Shown here piece by piece: positions 63,545-64,000 of a stretch of DNA of 64,000 bases; positions within the stretch are counted from its first letter, which is position 1, and every line of letters starts with the position of its first letter. Position numbers and translations under genes: made by a program. The notes beneath the pieces are model-generated. The model searched no databases and was not told the DNA's origin. It saw nothing but the letters and a program-made list of their open reading frames with translations. The stretch comes from Mobula hypostoma (taxonomy: Eukaryota): assembly GCF_963921235.1 (NCBI RefSeq), contig NC_086102.1:126232001-126296000 (forward strand). Direction: 5' to 3'.

Positions 63545-64000
63545 TGCAGACAAAATGCCCAAAGCATTGTTGAGGATCCCTACCACCCATCCCACAATCT
63601 CTTTGACCCACTACCATTAGGAAGGAGATACAGAAGCATCAGGACTAGGACTGCCAGACTGGGTAAAGCTTCTTCCCTCAGGCTGTGAGACAAGTGAATA
63701 CCTCGCCACCACCAAAGTCTCGTCACTCGGACAACGAGATGTTTACTGTACTGCTTACCTGTGCTACATACTTCACATGCATTTTGAATCAGAATCAGGT
63801 TTATTATCACCAGCGTGTGTCGTGAAATTTGTTAACTTAGCAGCAGCAGTTCAATGCAATACATAATATAGAAAAAAAAAATTGCAGTATACCTAAAATT
63901 GTGCAAAAACAAATAATATACAGTATATTTAAAAAGTGAGGTGGTGTCCAAAGGTTAGGAATCGGATGGCAGAGGGGAAGAAGCTGTTCCTGAATCATTG
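63545..64000. mobile_element. Two tail-to-tail Rex1/Babar 3' fragments
   Basis: + strand DPYHPSHNLFDPLPLGRRYRS; - strand copy begins at (GAATCA)n near 63786. Confidence 0.7.

Noticed and set aside
1-64000. Prokaryotic systems (CRISPR arrays, operons) and the many short ORFs in the track
   Set aside because: The sequence is a spliced vertebrate locus; no repeat-spacer array was seen, and the short ORFs are chance or transposon-derived frames.

Overview
Eukaryotic (vertebrate) genomic DNA; the repeat repertoire points to a cartilaginous fish such as a ray or shark (inference). The only host gene is on the + strand: six coding exons of a CREB1-like (CREB/CREM/ATF1 family) transcription factor at 12532-12636, 19452-19595, 35532-35632, 46931-47070, 53163-53345 and 62859-63015. 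They splice GT-AG in frame to 276 codons covering Q1, KID (RRPSY), Q2 and the start of the basic region. The leucine-zipper exon and the non-coding first exon lie outside the window. The introns are mostly transposons: Rex1/Babar, CR1, RTE and L1-clade LINEs, Penelope-like elements (PLEs) with hammerhead ribozyme motifs, V-SINEs, Tc1, Tigger, hAT and PIF/Harbinger DNA transposons, a conventional Gypsy element and a two-LTR Gmr1-like Gypsy (integrase before RT). Many are nested, with readable target-site duplications (TSDs). Best leads: (1) the CREB-like protein mixes CREB1, CREM and ATF1 character states and may be a fourth ohnologue; (2) a sense LTR rich in bZIP-type sites sits where CREM has its ICER promoter; (3) TSD-bounded palindromic PLE insertions share an inversion breakpoint, and the sense-strand hammerheads are broken; (4) an RTE has a twin-priming-type inversion. 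All family assignments are by eye from remembered consensus motifs; no searches were run.
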